DNA of 64,000 bases from assembly GCA_048940445.1 (NCBI GenBank), contig JBHLON010000004.1, positions 32,001 to 96,000 of the forward strand, read 5' to 3'. This DNA is from Promethearchaeota archaeon. Its GTDB lineage: Archaea > Asgardarchaeota > Lokiarchaeia > Sigyniarchaeales > SOKP01. The position numbers were made by a program, and so were the translations under genes. This document shows, piece after piece, positions 11,223 through 20,338 of this stretch. Position 1 is the first letter of the stretch. Each line of letters opens with the position of its first letter. The notes beneath the pieces are model-generated. The model saw only the letters and a list, made by a program, of their open reading frames with translations. It was not told the DNA's origin and ran no database searches.

Positions 11223-12932
11223 TTAATCTTTCACGGTTTCTAAAAGTTCCTCTATTTCAGACTGGATAACTTCTGGCTTTTTAGCTTCTTCCCCTTGAAT
11301 TGCTAATGCACGCTCTAAACGTTCCCGATGCAATGTATTCATTGCACAAAAGGGAACCTCTAATACCTTACTATTATCCTCTGGATCAATTACTCCATAG
11401 TGAACAAGACATCTACACACTCTATCTAAATCGAAATTATATGAATCTTGAAAATGCATCGAGGAGATTAGTAGGTTCTTCTCGTGGAAGAACATCCCAG
11501 CCGATTGTAGGTTAGGGAATGCAATTAAGCGAGAAAATGCTATTAATGTTTTGCTATCCATAATCTTTGTAGGATTACGCACGTATCTCATTGCCCCAGC
11601 AAAATAGTAAGCTTTCATTAATTGTCGATAACCTAGATTAGTCATATCGTCAACAAATTTACCTATTGTAGTTGCAACGCTGCCAAATTGTTCTAGATTG
11701 ATCCCCTTAAGAAGTCCAGTAGGTTTTGGAATTTCTTGTTTCATAGCCATGTCATATACTTTATTTGACCAGCTGATAAGTCCTTCTGCATCGAAGTAAT
11801 TTTCAATGGGTTCATATTCACCGTTTTTGTTTACCACGACGATGGTGGCAAATCCACAATCGGCATGGCTAGTTGGGCTCCATTCAGGCACGTCATCAAA
11901 CCATGCCAATAATCTGGTCATTTTGGCAGTGGTAGCTAATGGATAGAAATTATGTATAGCGTTATTGGTATGTTCATTTAGCGCTATTTTCAAATCCGAG
12001 GTTGTATAGCGTATATCCATTAAATCCTCAAAACTTATACGTCCACATAGAGATACTGGCTGATAGATTACTCCTGAAATGACATCATTGTTATCTCTAG
12101 CAAAATCCATAATTTTACCAACTTCTTTATCATTTACACCTTTAGCTATAACTGGAACAAGCATTACACCATAAAAACCGAGTTTACGGGCATTCTCAAT
12201 AACTCTTTGTTTTAAAGGCCAGAGATTTACACCTCTTATTTTTTTCCATACTTCAGGGTTATCGGTTGCATCAAATTGTAAATATACAGCATCCATTCCA
12301 GCATCTTTACATTTTTTCATAAATTCAATTGATTTAGCAAATCTAACTCCATTAGTAGTCACCATAACTTCGATAAACCCTAACTCTTTACCTTTTCGAA
12401 TGATTTCGGGTAAATCATCTCTAACAGTTGGTTCACCACCGGAGATTTGTAATAATACTGCTGGTGTGGGTTTCATAGATCGAAAATGTTCCATAATTCG
12501 AACAATTTCATCGTAAGTTGGTTGGACAACATATCCCTTTGCGCTGGCATTAGCAAAACAAATTGGACATGCCAAATTACATCTATTTGTTATATCAATT
12601 AGACATATATTGGGAGCACTTTTATGATTTTCACAAAGTCCACAATCATAAGGGCAACCTTGAGTACATTCTTTTATTCCTGAAGATACATATTCAGGTT
12701 TTGTTGTATGATTCACTGTTGAGCCAATATCATCAGTAAACGTTTGTTGCCATTTATAATCTTCTGGATCTATGCTAAGCTTATCTTTAAATTCACCGTG
12801 TTCTTTACATTTTTTTCTCATCATTACCCAGTTTTTGCTGTCATCAACGTAAATTTCTGCAGGAATCGGCTGTAGGCATTCTGGACAGATACTTGTAGTG
12901 CGTCTTATAATTTCTTCTGTCATATTAATCAA
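11223..12932 (-). CDS. tes: radical SAM tetraether lipid synthase (GDGT-MAS/Tes, MJ0619 family)
   Basis: N-terminal CPEC..CKEHG, GCPYDCGLC, CNLACPICFA radical SAM motif, SGGEPT, YLQFD, HADCG, CLVHY..PFCAMN. Confidence 0.82.
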   Translation of the reverse strand: MINMTEEIIRRTTSICPECLQPIPAEIYVDDSKNWVMMRKKCKEHGEFKDKLSIDPEDYKWQQTFTDDIGSTVNHTTKPEYVSSGIKECTQGCPYDCGLCENHKSAPNICLIDITNRCNLACPICFANASAKGYVVQPTYDEIVRIMEHFRSMKPTPAVLLQISGGEPTVRDDLPEIIRKGKELGFIEVMVTTNGVRFAKSIEFMKKCKDAGMDAVYLQFDATDNPEVWKKIRGVNLWPLKQRVIENARKLGFYGVMLVPVIAKGVNDKEVGKIMDFARDNNDVISGVIYQPVSLCGRISFEDLMDIRYTTSDLKIALNEHTNNAIHNFYPLATTAKMTRLLAWFDDVPEWSPTSHADCGFATIVVVNKNGEYEPIENYFDAEGLISWSNKVYDMAMKQEIPKPTGLLKGINLEQFGSVATTIGKFVDDMTNLGYRQLMKAYYFAGAMRYVRNPTKIMDSKTLIAFSRLIAFPNLQSAGMFFHEKNLLISSMHFQDSYNFDLDRVCRCLVHYGVIDPEDNSKVLEVPFCAMNTLHRERLERALAIQGEEAKKPEVIQSEIEELLETVKD

Positions 12933-13127
12933 ATCTTAAATTACATCGTTAAAGAAAATTACGATTTTTTTATATAAAAAATTATTTAATTAAAAGGTTA
13001 GTTAACTTTTCTATAAAAATTTTTTATGCTAGATAATACTTGGAATAGTATTATTATTGTAGAATCTCAAATATTTTAATTTATTTAAAAATAAATTTAT
13101 TTTAATAAAATCAGCTATTAGTAATTT

Positions 13128-13883
13128 ATGATTTATCTAGTATTTCTCGAATTAGACTCTTTAAGCCAACTTTCTGGAGTTTTCGGAATAATCAGTCTAT
13201 TTGTAACATTTTTCTACGGAATCTTAGTCTTGATTAAAGCATATCAATTAAAATACAAAATACTTTATTATTTTTTCTTTGCAATAATTTTTACGATGTC
13301 TCCTTGGTATCCTAGCGGATTTGGTTACATTTATTGGCTGATAACTCATGAAGTTATTCCTTATCCAGTTTATGTATTATTAGGGACATTAGGAGTACCG
13401 ATTGCTTTATTTGCTTGGTTTCAGATTTATATTCCTGCATTACATCCTAAGCTTAAATATCCCTTACTAATAGGCACAGCAATATTATCACTATTATATT
13501 ACGCGTATGTTTTCTTCTTTTTATTTCTTGCTCCAGGTGCTCCGGTTGATCCATTCATAGGAATAAAGCAGAGTGCCATAGACATTGAATACAGGGGATT
13601 CGCTTTAATCTTCTTAGCTTTTTCACTATTAGTAAGTACTATTACTGGTAATGATTTTTCCATCCAGTCATTAAGAAGTGAAGAGAAGGAAATTAAATGG
13701 AAAGGACGTTTTCTGATAGTTTCATTTAATTTTTTTGCAATTGGTGCTATTGGAGATGGATTCCTAGAACTTAATCCCTTTACTTTGATATTTTTTAGAG
13801 TTTTTATGCTATTATCAAGCACTTTTTATTATATAGGGTTTATTCTACCAAAATGGATGAAAAAATTATTGAAATTAGTTTAA
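13128..13883 (+). CDS. multi-pass (about 7 TM) membrane protein
   Basis: About seven hydrophobic helices, C-terminal YIGFILPKW. Confidence 0.7.
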   Translation: MIYLVFLELDSLSQLSGVFGIISLFVTFFYGILVLIKAYQLKYKILYYFFFAIIFTMSPWYPSGFGYIYWLITHEVIPYPVYVLLGTLGVPIALFAWFQIYIPALHPKLKYPLLIGTAILSLLYYAYVFFFLFLAPGAPVDPFIGIKQSAIDIEYRGFALIFLAFSLLVSTITGNDFSIQSLRSEEKEIKWKGRFLIVSFNFFAIGAIGDGFLELNPFTLIFFRVFMLLSSTFYYIGFILPKWMKKLLKLV

Positions 13884-13889
13884 ATTAAA

Positions 13890-13904
13890 ATTTTTTTTTT
13901 TTTT
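13890..13904 (+). terminator. oligo-T terminator
   Basis: Run of about 15 T directly after the stop codon of 13128..13883. Confidence 0.5.
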
Positions 13905-13937
13905 GGTAATCAATACAAACTCAGTTTATAAAAGGGA

Positions 13938-14056
13938 GACTCCTGCCACCAAGACCTAAAAGCAAGGTCAAAAACAAAATAGGGGGAGGAGGGCGAAATC
14001 AGAGTGTGTTTTCACACACTACCAAAAGACAAAAATCCAGGGTGGTAGCAGGAGTC
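13938..14056. ncRNA. candidate structured non-coding RNA (strand uncertain, minus favoured)
   Basis: GC-rich island in an AT-rich intergenic region. Closing stem GACTCCTGC-CACC / GGTG-gta-GCAGGAGTC; inner hairpins GACCT/AGGTC and AGTGTGT/ACACACT (GAAA tetraloop on the minus strand). Confidence 0.6.
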
Positions 14057-14375
14057 ATAACTTATACTTTTTTTTATTCCCTATTTTGATTTTGGTTTGT
14101 ATTTACTATGCTTTTTAAATTTTTATCTTCTTTATGAATTAATATTGGATACAATTGTATTTTTAATTTTTATCTTATGCATTATATAATTGCGGATATA
14201 TTTAAAATAATTGTTGATACGTCATAAATTTTATACATAAAAGAGAATTTTTGTTAGTTTCTTAAGTCTTGCATCTCTTATTTTATACGATTTCAAAGAA
14301 TTTGCAAAAATGATGAACTTAAAATCAAAATTACATTCATAAAGAATAATAAAATGAAATTAATATAAACTTATT

Positions 14376-14759
14376 ATGACTTTAAATCACTCATCTGAAA
14401 AAAAACAATCACATTTTAAATTATATCTATTTTCAGTTATATTTTCCATAATAGGTTTCATAGTTTCATGGTTTAATATGCTATTAATATTAGAAAGCTC
14501 CAAATACATTGAGGTTCTTGCCTACTTATCAATAATACTTACAACCATGATTCCAGGAGTAATAATTGCTTTAAAAAAAAGATATTGGGGATATTCTTAT
14601 CTTTCGGGATTTTCTATTGCTGGAATTCCTTTTATGATATTGATAGATTTATTTATCGGGGCGTATACGTGTATTACTACTATTTTTATATTTGCTATTT
14701 TATGGTTAATATTTTGGAAAGCTTGGCGTTCTCTTGATTCAATAAAGATAGAAGAATAA
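14376..14759 (+). CDS. small membrane protein
   Basis: 127 aa, about 4 hydrophobic helices. Confidence 0.65.
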   Translation: MTLNHSSEKKQSHFKLYLFSVIFSIIGFIVSWFNMLLILESSKYIEVLAYLSIILTTMIPGVIIALKKRYWGYSYLSGFSIAGIPFMILIDLFIGAYTCITTIFIFAILWLIFWKAWRSLDSIKIEE

Positions 14760-14774
14760 AGAAAAATAAATCAT

Positions 14775-15260
14775 TTATTTGGAATGTATTGGTATATCTT
14801 CTATAGTAACATCGTTGACTCTTTTTATCTCAAAAAACTTGTTCTTAATTGTTTCTATGTTAATATTCCCCGATTCGAGAGAATCTCCTATCAAATATGT
14901 TTCATAAAAGCATTTTTCTAACTCATAGCAGATTCCAGTCGTATGTAATATATCTTTACTTAAATTTAGTTTATTTAAAACTTCCGAAATCCCCTTCACT
15001 ATTTCTGGGGAGAATTCTTCTAATTTAATTAGTATTTTTTTTATTACATTTGTATTTATAGGGAAGCAACTTACTTTTATAACATCTTCTCTTGAAATAA
15101 ATATTAATAAATAGTATGGTGATTCCGTAATTTCATCTTTTACTTCATCGGGGAAAATGGTGGAATTTAAATCTTCTTTTGTTATTATCAAGCCTATAGA
15201 AATTTTATTTTTATTTTTACTCTCAGCATTATAAGAAACCATAAGTATCAAAAACTCCAA
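14775..15260 (-). CDS. hypothetical protein (possible C-terminal ACT-like domain)
   Basis: PEIVKGISEVL..ILHTTGICYE alternating beta/alpha pattern. Confidence 0.55.
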   Translation of the reverse strand: MEFLILMVSYNAESKNKNKISIGLIITKEDLNSTIFPDEVKDEITESPYYLLIFISREDVIKVSCFPINTNVIKKILIKLEEFSPEIVKGISEVLNKLNLSKDILHTTGICYELEKCFYETYLIGDSLESGNINIETIKNKFFEIKRVNDVTIEDIPIHSK

Positions 15261-15487
15261 AGAAAATTCAAATATATGTCTATTAATAAAACTTGTTTGT
15301 TTTTAATATTTATTTTTTTTTTATTTTTTTTTTATGATAAGTATTGAGAAAATTAAAGTTAGGTTAGTTTTTGTATAAGGAAAAAAATGTGTTTAAAGAT
15401 GTTACAATGATAACATATGTATTTTAAATTATTAGTTAAAGTTTCTTAATTATGTCATTTTGATTATTAAAAAGATACTTCTAAATT

Positions 15488-15982
15488 ATGTCCTTTAATT
15501 CTAATGATAATTCTGAGAAAGATAATTTTGGTTTTAAGATCAGAAAAATAAACCAAAGTGATTGCTATTTTCATGCAATTTACTTTTTAGATAATATAAC
15601 AGGATCTTTACTTATAAGCAAGCAATATTCGGAGAATACAAAAACCTCATCTAACGGAGATTTAATTAGTGGTTTCTTAAATGCTCTAAATTTGTTTATA
15701 AAAGAAATAAGGCCAGGCGAAACAGATGAGGAAATTCAAGAAATTAATTTTAGAGAAACAAGAATTTTATATGAGCGATTAGGGCGTCTTTCTGTAATCG
15801 CAATAACCAAAAAGTTAAATTTGAAATTTGAAAGACATTTGTTGCATTATATTATAAATGACTTTTATAGTCGATATGAAAGTTCAATTAATCATTTTAA
15901 TGGTATAATTGAACCTTCCATTTTAAATTATGAAAAGAAACTAGAAATGCTTAATTATTACAATTCTCACTTTGAACTATAA
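15488..15982 (+). CDS. longin-like domain protein
   Basis: IYFLDNITGSLLISKQY..DLISGFLNALNLFIKEI..IQEINF..ILYE, typical Asgard longin pattern. Confidence 0.68.
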   Translation: MSFNSNDNSEKDNFGFKIRKINQSDCYFHAIYFLDNITGSLLISKQYSENTKTSSNGDLISGFLNALNLFIKEIRPGETDEEIQEINFRETRILYERLGRLSVIAITKKLNLKFERHLLHYIINDFYSRYESSINHFNGIIEPSILNYEKKLEMLNYYNSHFEL

Positions 15983-15998
15983 TTCAAACAATAAGATT

Positions 15999-17258
15999 TT
16001 AGATTTCATCTTTCTTCTTTTTCTCCTCGATTTCTTTTACCTTATCTTCTATCTTTTCACTTATACCTTGGATATCAGGTTTAATTTGCATTCTTTTGGT
16101 ATCTTCTTCTCGCTGTTTTTCCCGTATAAATGCTTTTTCGCTAATAGATTTCTCAATAGCCTGCCCTGCCTGCTCTAAATCTGGTTTAATCCTTTTTAAT
16201 TCTTCTCTGGTTTCTCGTTGTTTATCTAATCTAAATGCTTTCTCATCAACAGATTGACTTATAGCCTCTCCTGTTTTCTCTATATCTGGTTTAAGTGTTT
16301 TCATTTTTTGCGTTGCTTCGCGCTGTAGATCAATCCGAAAGGCTTTTTCACCAACACTTTTCTCAATAGCTTCTCCGACTTTTCTAAAATTAGGCTTTAA
16401 TTCCAATCGTTTAGTATCTTCCTCTCGCTGTTTTTCCCGTATAAATGCTTTTTCGCTAATAGATTTCTCAATAGCCTGCCCTGCCTGCTCTAAATCTGGT
16501 TTAATCCTTTTTAATTCTTCTCTGGTTTCTCGTTGTTTATCTAATCTAAATGCTTTCTCATCAACAGATTGACTTATAGCCTCTCCTGTTTTCTCTATAT
16601 CTGGTTTAAGTGTTTTCATTTTTTGCGTTGCTTCGCGCTGTAGATCAATCCGAAAGGCTTTTTCACCAACACTTTTCTCAATAGCTTCTCCTACTTTTCT
16701 AAAATTAGGTCTTAATTCCATTCGTTTAGTATCTTCCTCTCGCTGTTTTTCCCGTATAAATGCTTTTTCGCTTATAGATTTCTCAATAGCTTGTTCTATT
16801 TGTTCTTTATTAGGTTTTACTCCAAGCCTATGTGCATCAATTTCTTTTTTTTTTTCGATTAAGAAAGCCTTTTGATCAACTGATTTACTTATTGCTTCAG
16901 TGGTCTTTTCTAAATCTGGCTTAATCTTTAATCTTAGAGCATCACTTTCTTTTTTCTTTTCGATCATGAATACTTTTTGATTAACAGATTTACTTATTGC
17001 TTCTCCAGTACTTTTAATATCCGGTCTAAGTTCTAATCTCTTCTTATCCTGTTCCCGTCGTTTTTCTCTTATAAAGCTTTTTTCTGAAATTAAATTTGAA
17101 ATCAATTTTTGACTTTCTTCAAAGGCTTTTTTTCTCTGTTCTTCAAATTTTCTGAGATATTCTTCTCTCTCTTCTTTTTCTTTCTTATAAAGTTCATCGA
17201 CGATCTTCTTTTGCTTTTCGATCTCTTCAGGTGTTAAAGGTTTTTCATTTTCTTCCAA
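15999..17258 (-). CDS. charged helical protein with about ten 35-aa tandem repeats
   Basis: Unit e.g. AFIREKQREEDTKRMELRPNFRKVGEAIEKSVGEK; TTG start with GGAGTGA upstream. Confidence 0.8.
   Translation of the reverse strand: MEENEKPLTPEEIEKQKKIVDELYKKEKEEREEYLRKFEEQRKKAFEESQKLISNLISEKSFIREKRREQDKKRLELRPDIKSTGEAISKSVNQKVFMIEKKKESDALRLKIKPDLEKTTEAISKSVDQKAFLIEKKKEIDAHRLGVKPNKEQIEQAIEKSISEKAFIREKQREEDTKRMELRPNFRKVGEAIEKSVGEKAFRIDLQREATQKMKTLKPDIEKTGEAISQSVDEKAFRLDKQRETREELKRIKPDLEQAGQAIEKSISEKAFIREKQREEDTKRLELKPNFRKVGEAIEKSVGEKAFRIDLQREATQKMKTLKPDIEKTGEAISQSVDEKAFRLDKQRETREELKRIKPDLEQAGQAIEKSISEKAFIREKQREEDTKRMQIKPDIQGISEKIEDKVKEIEEKKKKDEI
16099..16790. repeat. 315-bp near-identical tandem duplication (about 2.2 copies) inside the repeat gene
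   Basis: GTATCTTCYTCTCGCTGTTTTTCCCGTATAAATGC recurs at 16099, 16414 and 16729 (period 315 = 3 x 105 bp). Confidence 0.9.
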
Positions 17259-17425
17259 TTATCTCACTCCATAAAAAATAAAATACCTCTTGATGAATAT
17301 AAAATCAAACTTTGTATTTATTAATTTATTTATCGAAGAAATAATAGTTTGGATTTTTAGGTAAATGTTTCGCTTAAATAATAAAAATTGAAACAAAATT
17401 AAAGGTTTTTCGTCATAATATTCTT

Positions 17426-18169
17426 CTACCTTATTGGTATCGACTCAAATGATTCATCAGACACAGAATCCGTTAAACTAATCATTGTGAGCTTCATTGT
17501 AAGCATTTCCATGACATCCATCAATAATTTTCGATAATATTTAGATTGTTTATCAATACTATTTTGAGAAATGATCTCATCAAATTTTCTTTTTAATACA
17601 AGTCTCAGAGTTTCTTGATTATCTAAATCTAAAACCTGAGTTTGAAACCAGTGATCTATTTCACTTTTTATTTGAAGAGCAAGTTTGTCATCTTGGTTAT
17701 AGGCAACTTCAACTGCTTCTAGATACTGCATATTTTCAAGATATTCTTTATCTTGATACATTGGTTTTAATAGGAGCCCTAAGTTAATTATTAAAGGCTG
17801 TATCTGAAGTTTATCTAAAGAATCTGATAAAAGTTTTAATACTTGTCGTTTTTGAGTAAGTTTTGCATAATGGATATATTCTTGAATGAAGTTTAATATG
17901 GTGTTCTTTATTAATAATTCTTGAAAATCATCTACTGATTCAAATTTCATTTCAATTGTTTTTTCGATACAACTATATACAGAACTCATAAAAGGTGTTA
18001 GATTTTTAAACATAGAAAAATAATAAATAAACTGAGTAATTCTCGCCAAAATCTCTTCCTTAAAGCTATCAGACTCAATAAGTGAATCTATTTTTTTTTT
18101 AAGTAAAAATGAATCATCAGGAATAGACAAGAAAGTTTTAATGAAAGAATATTTAGATTGAAACTTCAT
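17426..18169 (-). CDS. hypothetical helical protein
   Basis: 247-aa ORF, no motif recognised. Confidence 0.65.
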   Translation of the reverse strand: MKFQSKYSFIKTFLSIPDDSFLLKKKIDSLIESDSFKEEILARITQFIYYFSMFKNLTPFMSSVYSCIEKTIEMKFESVDDFQELLIKNTILNFIQEYIHYAKLTQKRQVLKLLSDSLDKLQIQPLIINLGLLLKPMYQDKEYLENMQYLEAVEVAYNQDDKLALQIKSEIDHWFQTQVLDLDNQETLRLVLKRKFDEIISQNSIDKQSKYYRKLLMDVMEMLTMKLTMISLTDSVSDESFESIPIR

Positions 18170-18255
18170 TAATTAATGTTATTACACCATAATATTAATA
18201 AAGGTTTATTTTATTAGACAAAAAAGTCAAAGAAAAAATTAAACATACTATCATT

Positions 18256-19587
18256 TTATAACGGAATTAGAGCAGTACTTCCATTTTTTTGAGCTTTATT
18301 AATTAGAGTCATAAGTTCCTCACTTGAAATAGGAACAAGGTCAAATACGTTCATCCCAGATAGTTTAAGTTCCGCTCTGAGAGTCTCTGCAAGATTATTA
18401 CAATCTCCAGAAAAGAAAACTTTTCTCTTTCCAAATGCCTCTCTTAATTTATTACCTACTTCATCAATAGCACAATATCCTGCTACAAGTCCTTTAGTAT
18501 AACCTTCAGCTTTTAAGTTATCTATCAAATTCGTATCATGACCTTTACCCATTACTATAAACCAGCCTCCTCTAAATTTATTGGGGTAATCGTAAGCTAA
18601 AAATTGTAATGTAATTAATGGGTTGTTCTGACACCCCTCTATGCATAATAATTCCTTTCCTTTAACGATCTTAATATTGTTAGGAAATTGTTGTAATAAG
18701 TTCCATTGATATTTCTCTTGGTATTTATTCAAACTTTGTCCAATAATTTCGATTTTATTCAGATCACCTTCCCCTAAATTTCGCTCATAAGCAATTTTTA
18801 AATGAGGGACTTCATCGATCGTTAAACCGAAAATTTTTGCTCCCACCACATCTACTGATAAAGTATCTCTCCCTCCAATTAAGATATTAAAAGGGATGAC
18901 TTGTTTATCCACCCAAGCAGTGATAGGATAATGGCCATAAATAATCCCTTCTGTACCATCAATGATCGTGATATCTGGTCTAATTAATTCATATATATCT
19001 ATGAGTTTAGAATGTAAATTGTAATTATGGTCCTTTCCCCGATCAGCATGTTGAGGAAAACCCCATTGATTTTTAATTCCCAAAGTGACCCTTGTCATAG
19101 AATGAGTTTTTAATTTAGGAAGGTTAATATAAGTAACTTTTTCTCTATTTTTTATGATATAAACTACTGTCATTGGTAATCTGAACTTTTTTAGATTATA
19201 GCCTTTAACATCTACTTTTGTAGAAGGTTTTCCTTTAAACTCAAAATACGTGGATTCTTCCTCATCTAAATATTTGATTTCTACTCCGTTGTCTTCACAA
19301 ACTTGTTTATAACCATTAATTGCAAAAACAACCCTAGTCATGTTTGCTTGCGTTGAGTTTTCCATAACATAAATTTCAGCATCTTTTTGTTTAAGATATT
19401 TTATAACTGCCTTAAGAACTAGCGGAGATGTATATGAGTGCTTTTTAAAATCAATTCCATTCACTTTTATATAGACTTTTTTCGAACTTTTTAATATCGA
19501 TCCCGATTTTTCAAGTTCAGTGAACATTTGATTTACAGTTGTCTCTATGCCACTTCTTGTTGAATAAATAAATACCTTAGACATCAT
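18256..19587 (-). CDS. DUF362 domain protein (putative Fe-S protein)
   Basis: INLPKLKTH..VTLGIKNQWG, PDITIIDG, C-terminal CIEGC/GYCA/GDC. Confidence 0.8.
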   Translation of the reverse strand: MMSKVFIYSTRSGIETTVNQMFTELEKSGSILKSSKKVYIKVNGIDFKKHSYTSPLVLKAVIKYLKQKDAEIYVMENSTQANMTRVVFAINGYKQVCEDNGVEIKYLDEEESTYFEFKGKPSTKVDVKGYNLKKFRLPMTVVYIIKNREKVTYINLPKLKTHSMTRVTLGIKNQWGFPQHADRGKDHNYNLHSKLIDIYELIRPDITIIDGTEGIIYGHYPITAWVDKQVIPFNILIGGRDTLSVDVVGAKIFGLTIDEVPHLKIAYERNLGEGDLNKIEIIGQSLNKYQEKYQWNLLQQFPNNIKIVKGKELLCIEGCQNNPLITLQFLAYDYPNKFRGGWFIVMGKGHDTNLIDNLKAEGYTKGLVAGYCAIDEVGNKLREAFGKRKVFFSGDCNNLAETLRAELKLSGMNVFDLVPISSEELMTLINKAQKNGSTALIPL

Positions 19588-19688
19588 TTTTCAATAAAAT
19601 AAATAAGTTTGCGATTATTTTTTATTTTCATTACAACTATTTTTAGTTTTTTTAGATAAAAACATTATTTTTTATAATAAAAAAACTT

Positions 19689-19722
19689 ATATCGATTGTT
19701 GATATATATCAATAAGTGAGAT
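19689..19722. promoter_or_regulatory. putative PadR operator (two tandem ATATC-N7-GATAT-like sites)
   Basis: ATATCGATTGTTGATAT followed by ATATCAATAAGTGAGAT, with a central perfect palindrome TTGATATATATCAA (19699-19712), about 40 nt upstream of padR. Confidence 0.5.
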
Positions 19723-19762
19723 ATGCTAATATTAGAAAATATCCTTAATAGGGCAAATTGAT

Positions 19763-20317
19763 ATGGCAGAAAAAATTGCTGAAGAATTAGAGAATGCAAT
19801 GAAAAAAGGATTTATTAGCGCTCTTATTTTATTAGTCCTTGAAAAAAGTCCTTCTTATGGTTATAAAATTGGAAAAGAGATTGAAACACGTACGTTAGGT
19901 ATCTGGGAACCACCCTCATCTACAATGTATACTGTTCTTAAAAATATGTTAGAAAAAGGCTTAATTCAATTTACTGAAGAACAGAAAGAAGGGCGAATCC
20001 GAAAAGTATATCAAATCACAAAAAAAGGAAAAAATGTATTAAAAATGATACTTAATAAGCAGAGAGTCATAGAAGATTCTTTAAAAACTCTAAAAACTGC
20101 GATGTTGGATGAAGAAAAAAGCTTAGTTTCTGAAAAATTCCATAAATTTAATCCTATAAATCTAATATTAGCAAAATTGGATGAAAAATCTAATGATGAA
20201 AAATTAGAGTTCCTTGAACTTCAAAAACTCAGGATCTCACATGATATAAAGAGATTAAATAAACAGAAAGAGAGAATTGAAGAATTAATTTTACAATTAA
20301 ATAGTAGAAATAAATAA
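19763..20317 (+). CDS. PadR family transcriptional regulator
   Basis: LILLVLEKSPSYGYKI..MYTVLKNMLEKGLI..RKVYQITKKG. Confidence 0.9.
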   Translation: MAEKIAEELENAMKKGFISALILLVLEKSPSYGYKIGKEIETRTLGIWEPPSSTMYTVLKNMLEKGLIQFTEEQKEGRIRKVYQITKKGKNVLKMILNKQRVIEDSLKTLKTAMLDEEKSLVSEKFHKFNPINLILAKLDEKSNDEKLEFLELQKLRISHDIKRLNKQKERIEELILQLNSRNK

Positions 20318-20338
20318 TAATGTGAAAAGAGATTTTAA

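Noticed and set aside
13938-14056. SRP RNA, RNase P RNA, tRNA or SECIS identity; 19-aa minus-strand ORF (MTPATTLDFCLLVVCENTL)
   Set aside because: No SRP helix 8, RNase P GAGGAAAGTCC, T-loop or SECIS core, and no adjacent selenoprotein; the ORF is too short and unsupported
16099-16790. CRISPR array
   Set aside because: The repeats are long, contiguous, in-frame coding duplications without unique spacers; no cas genes
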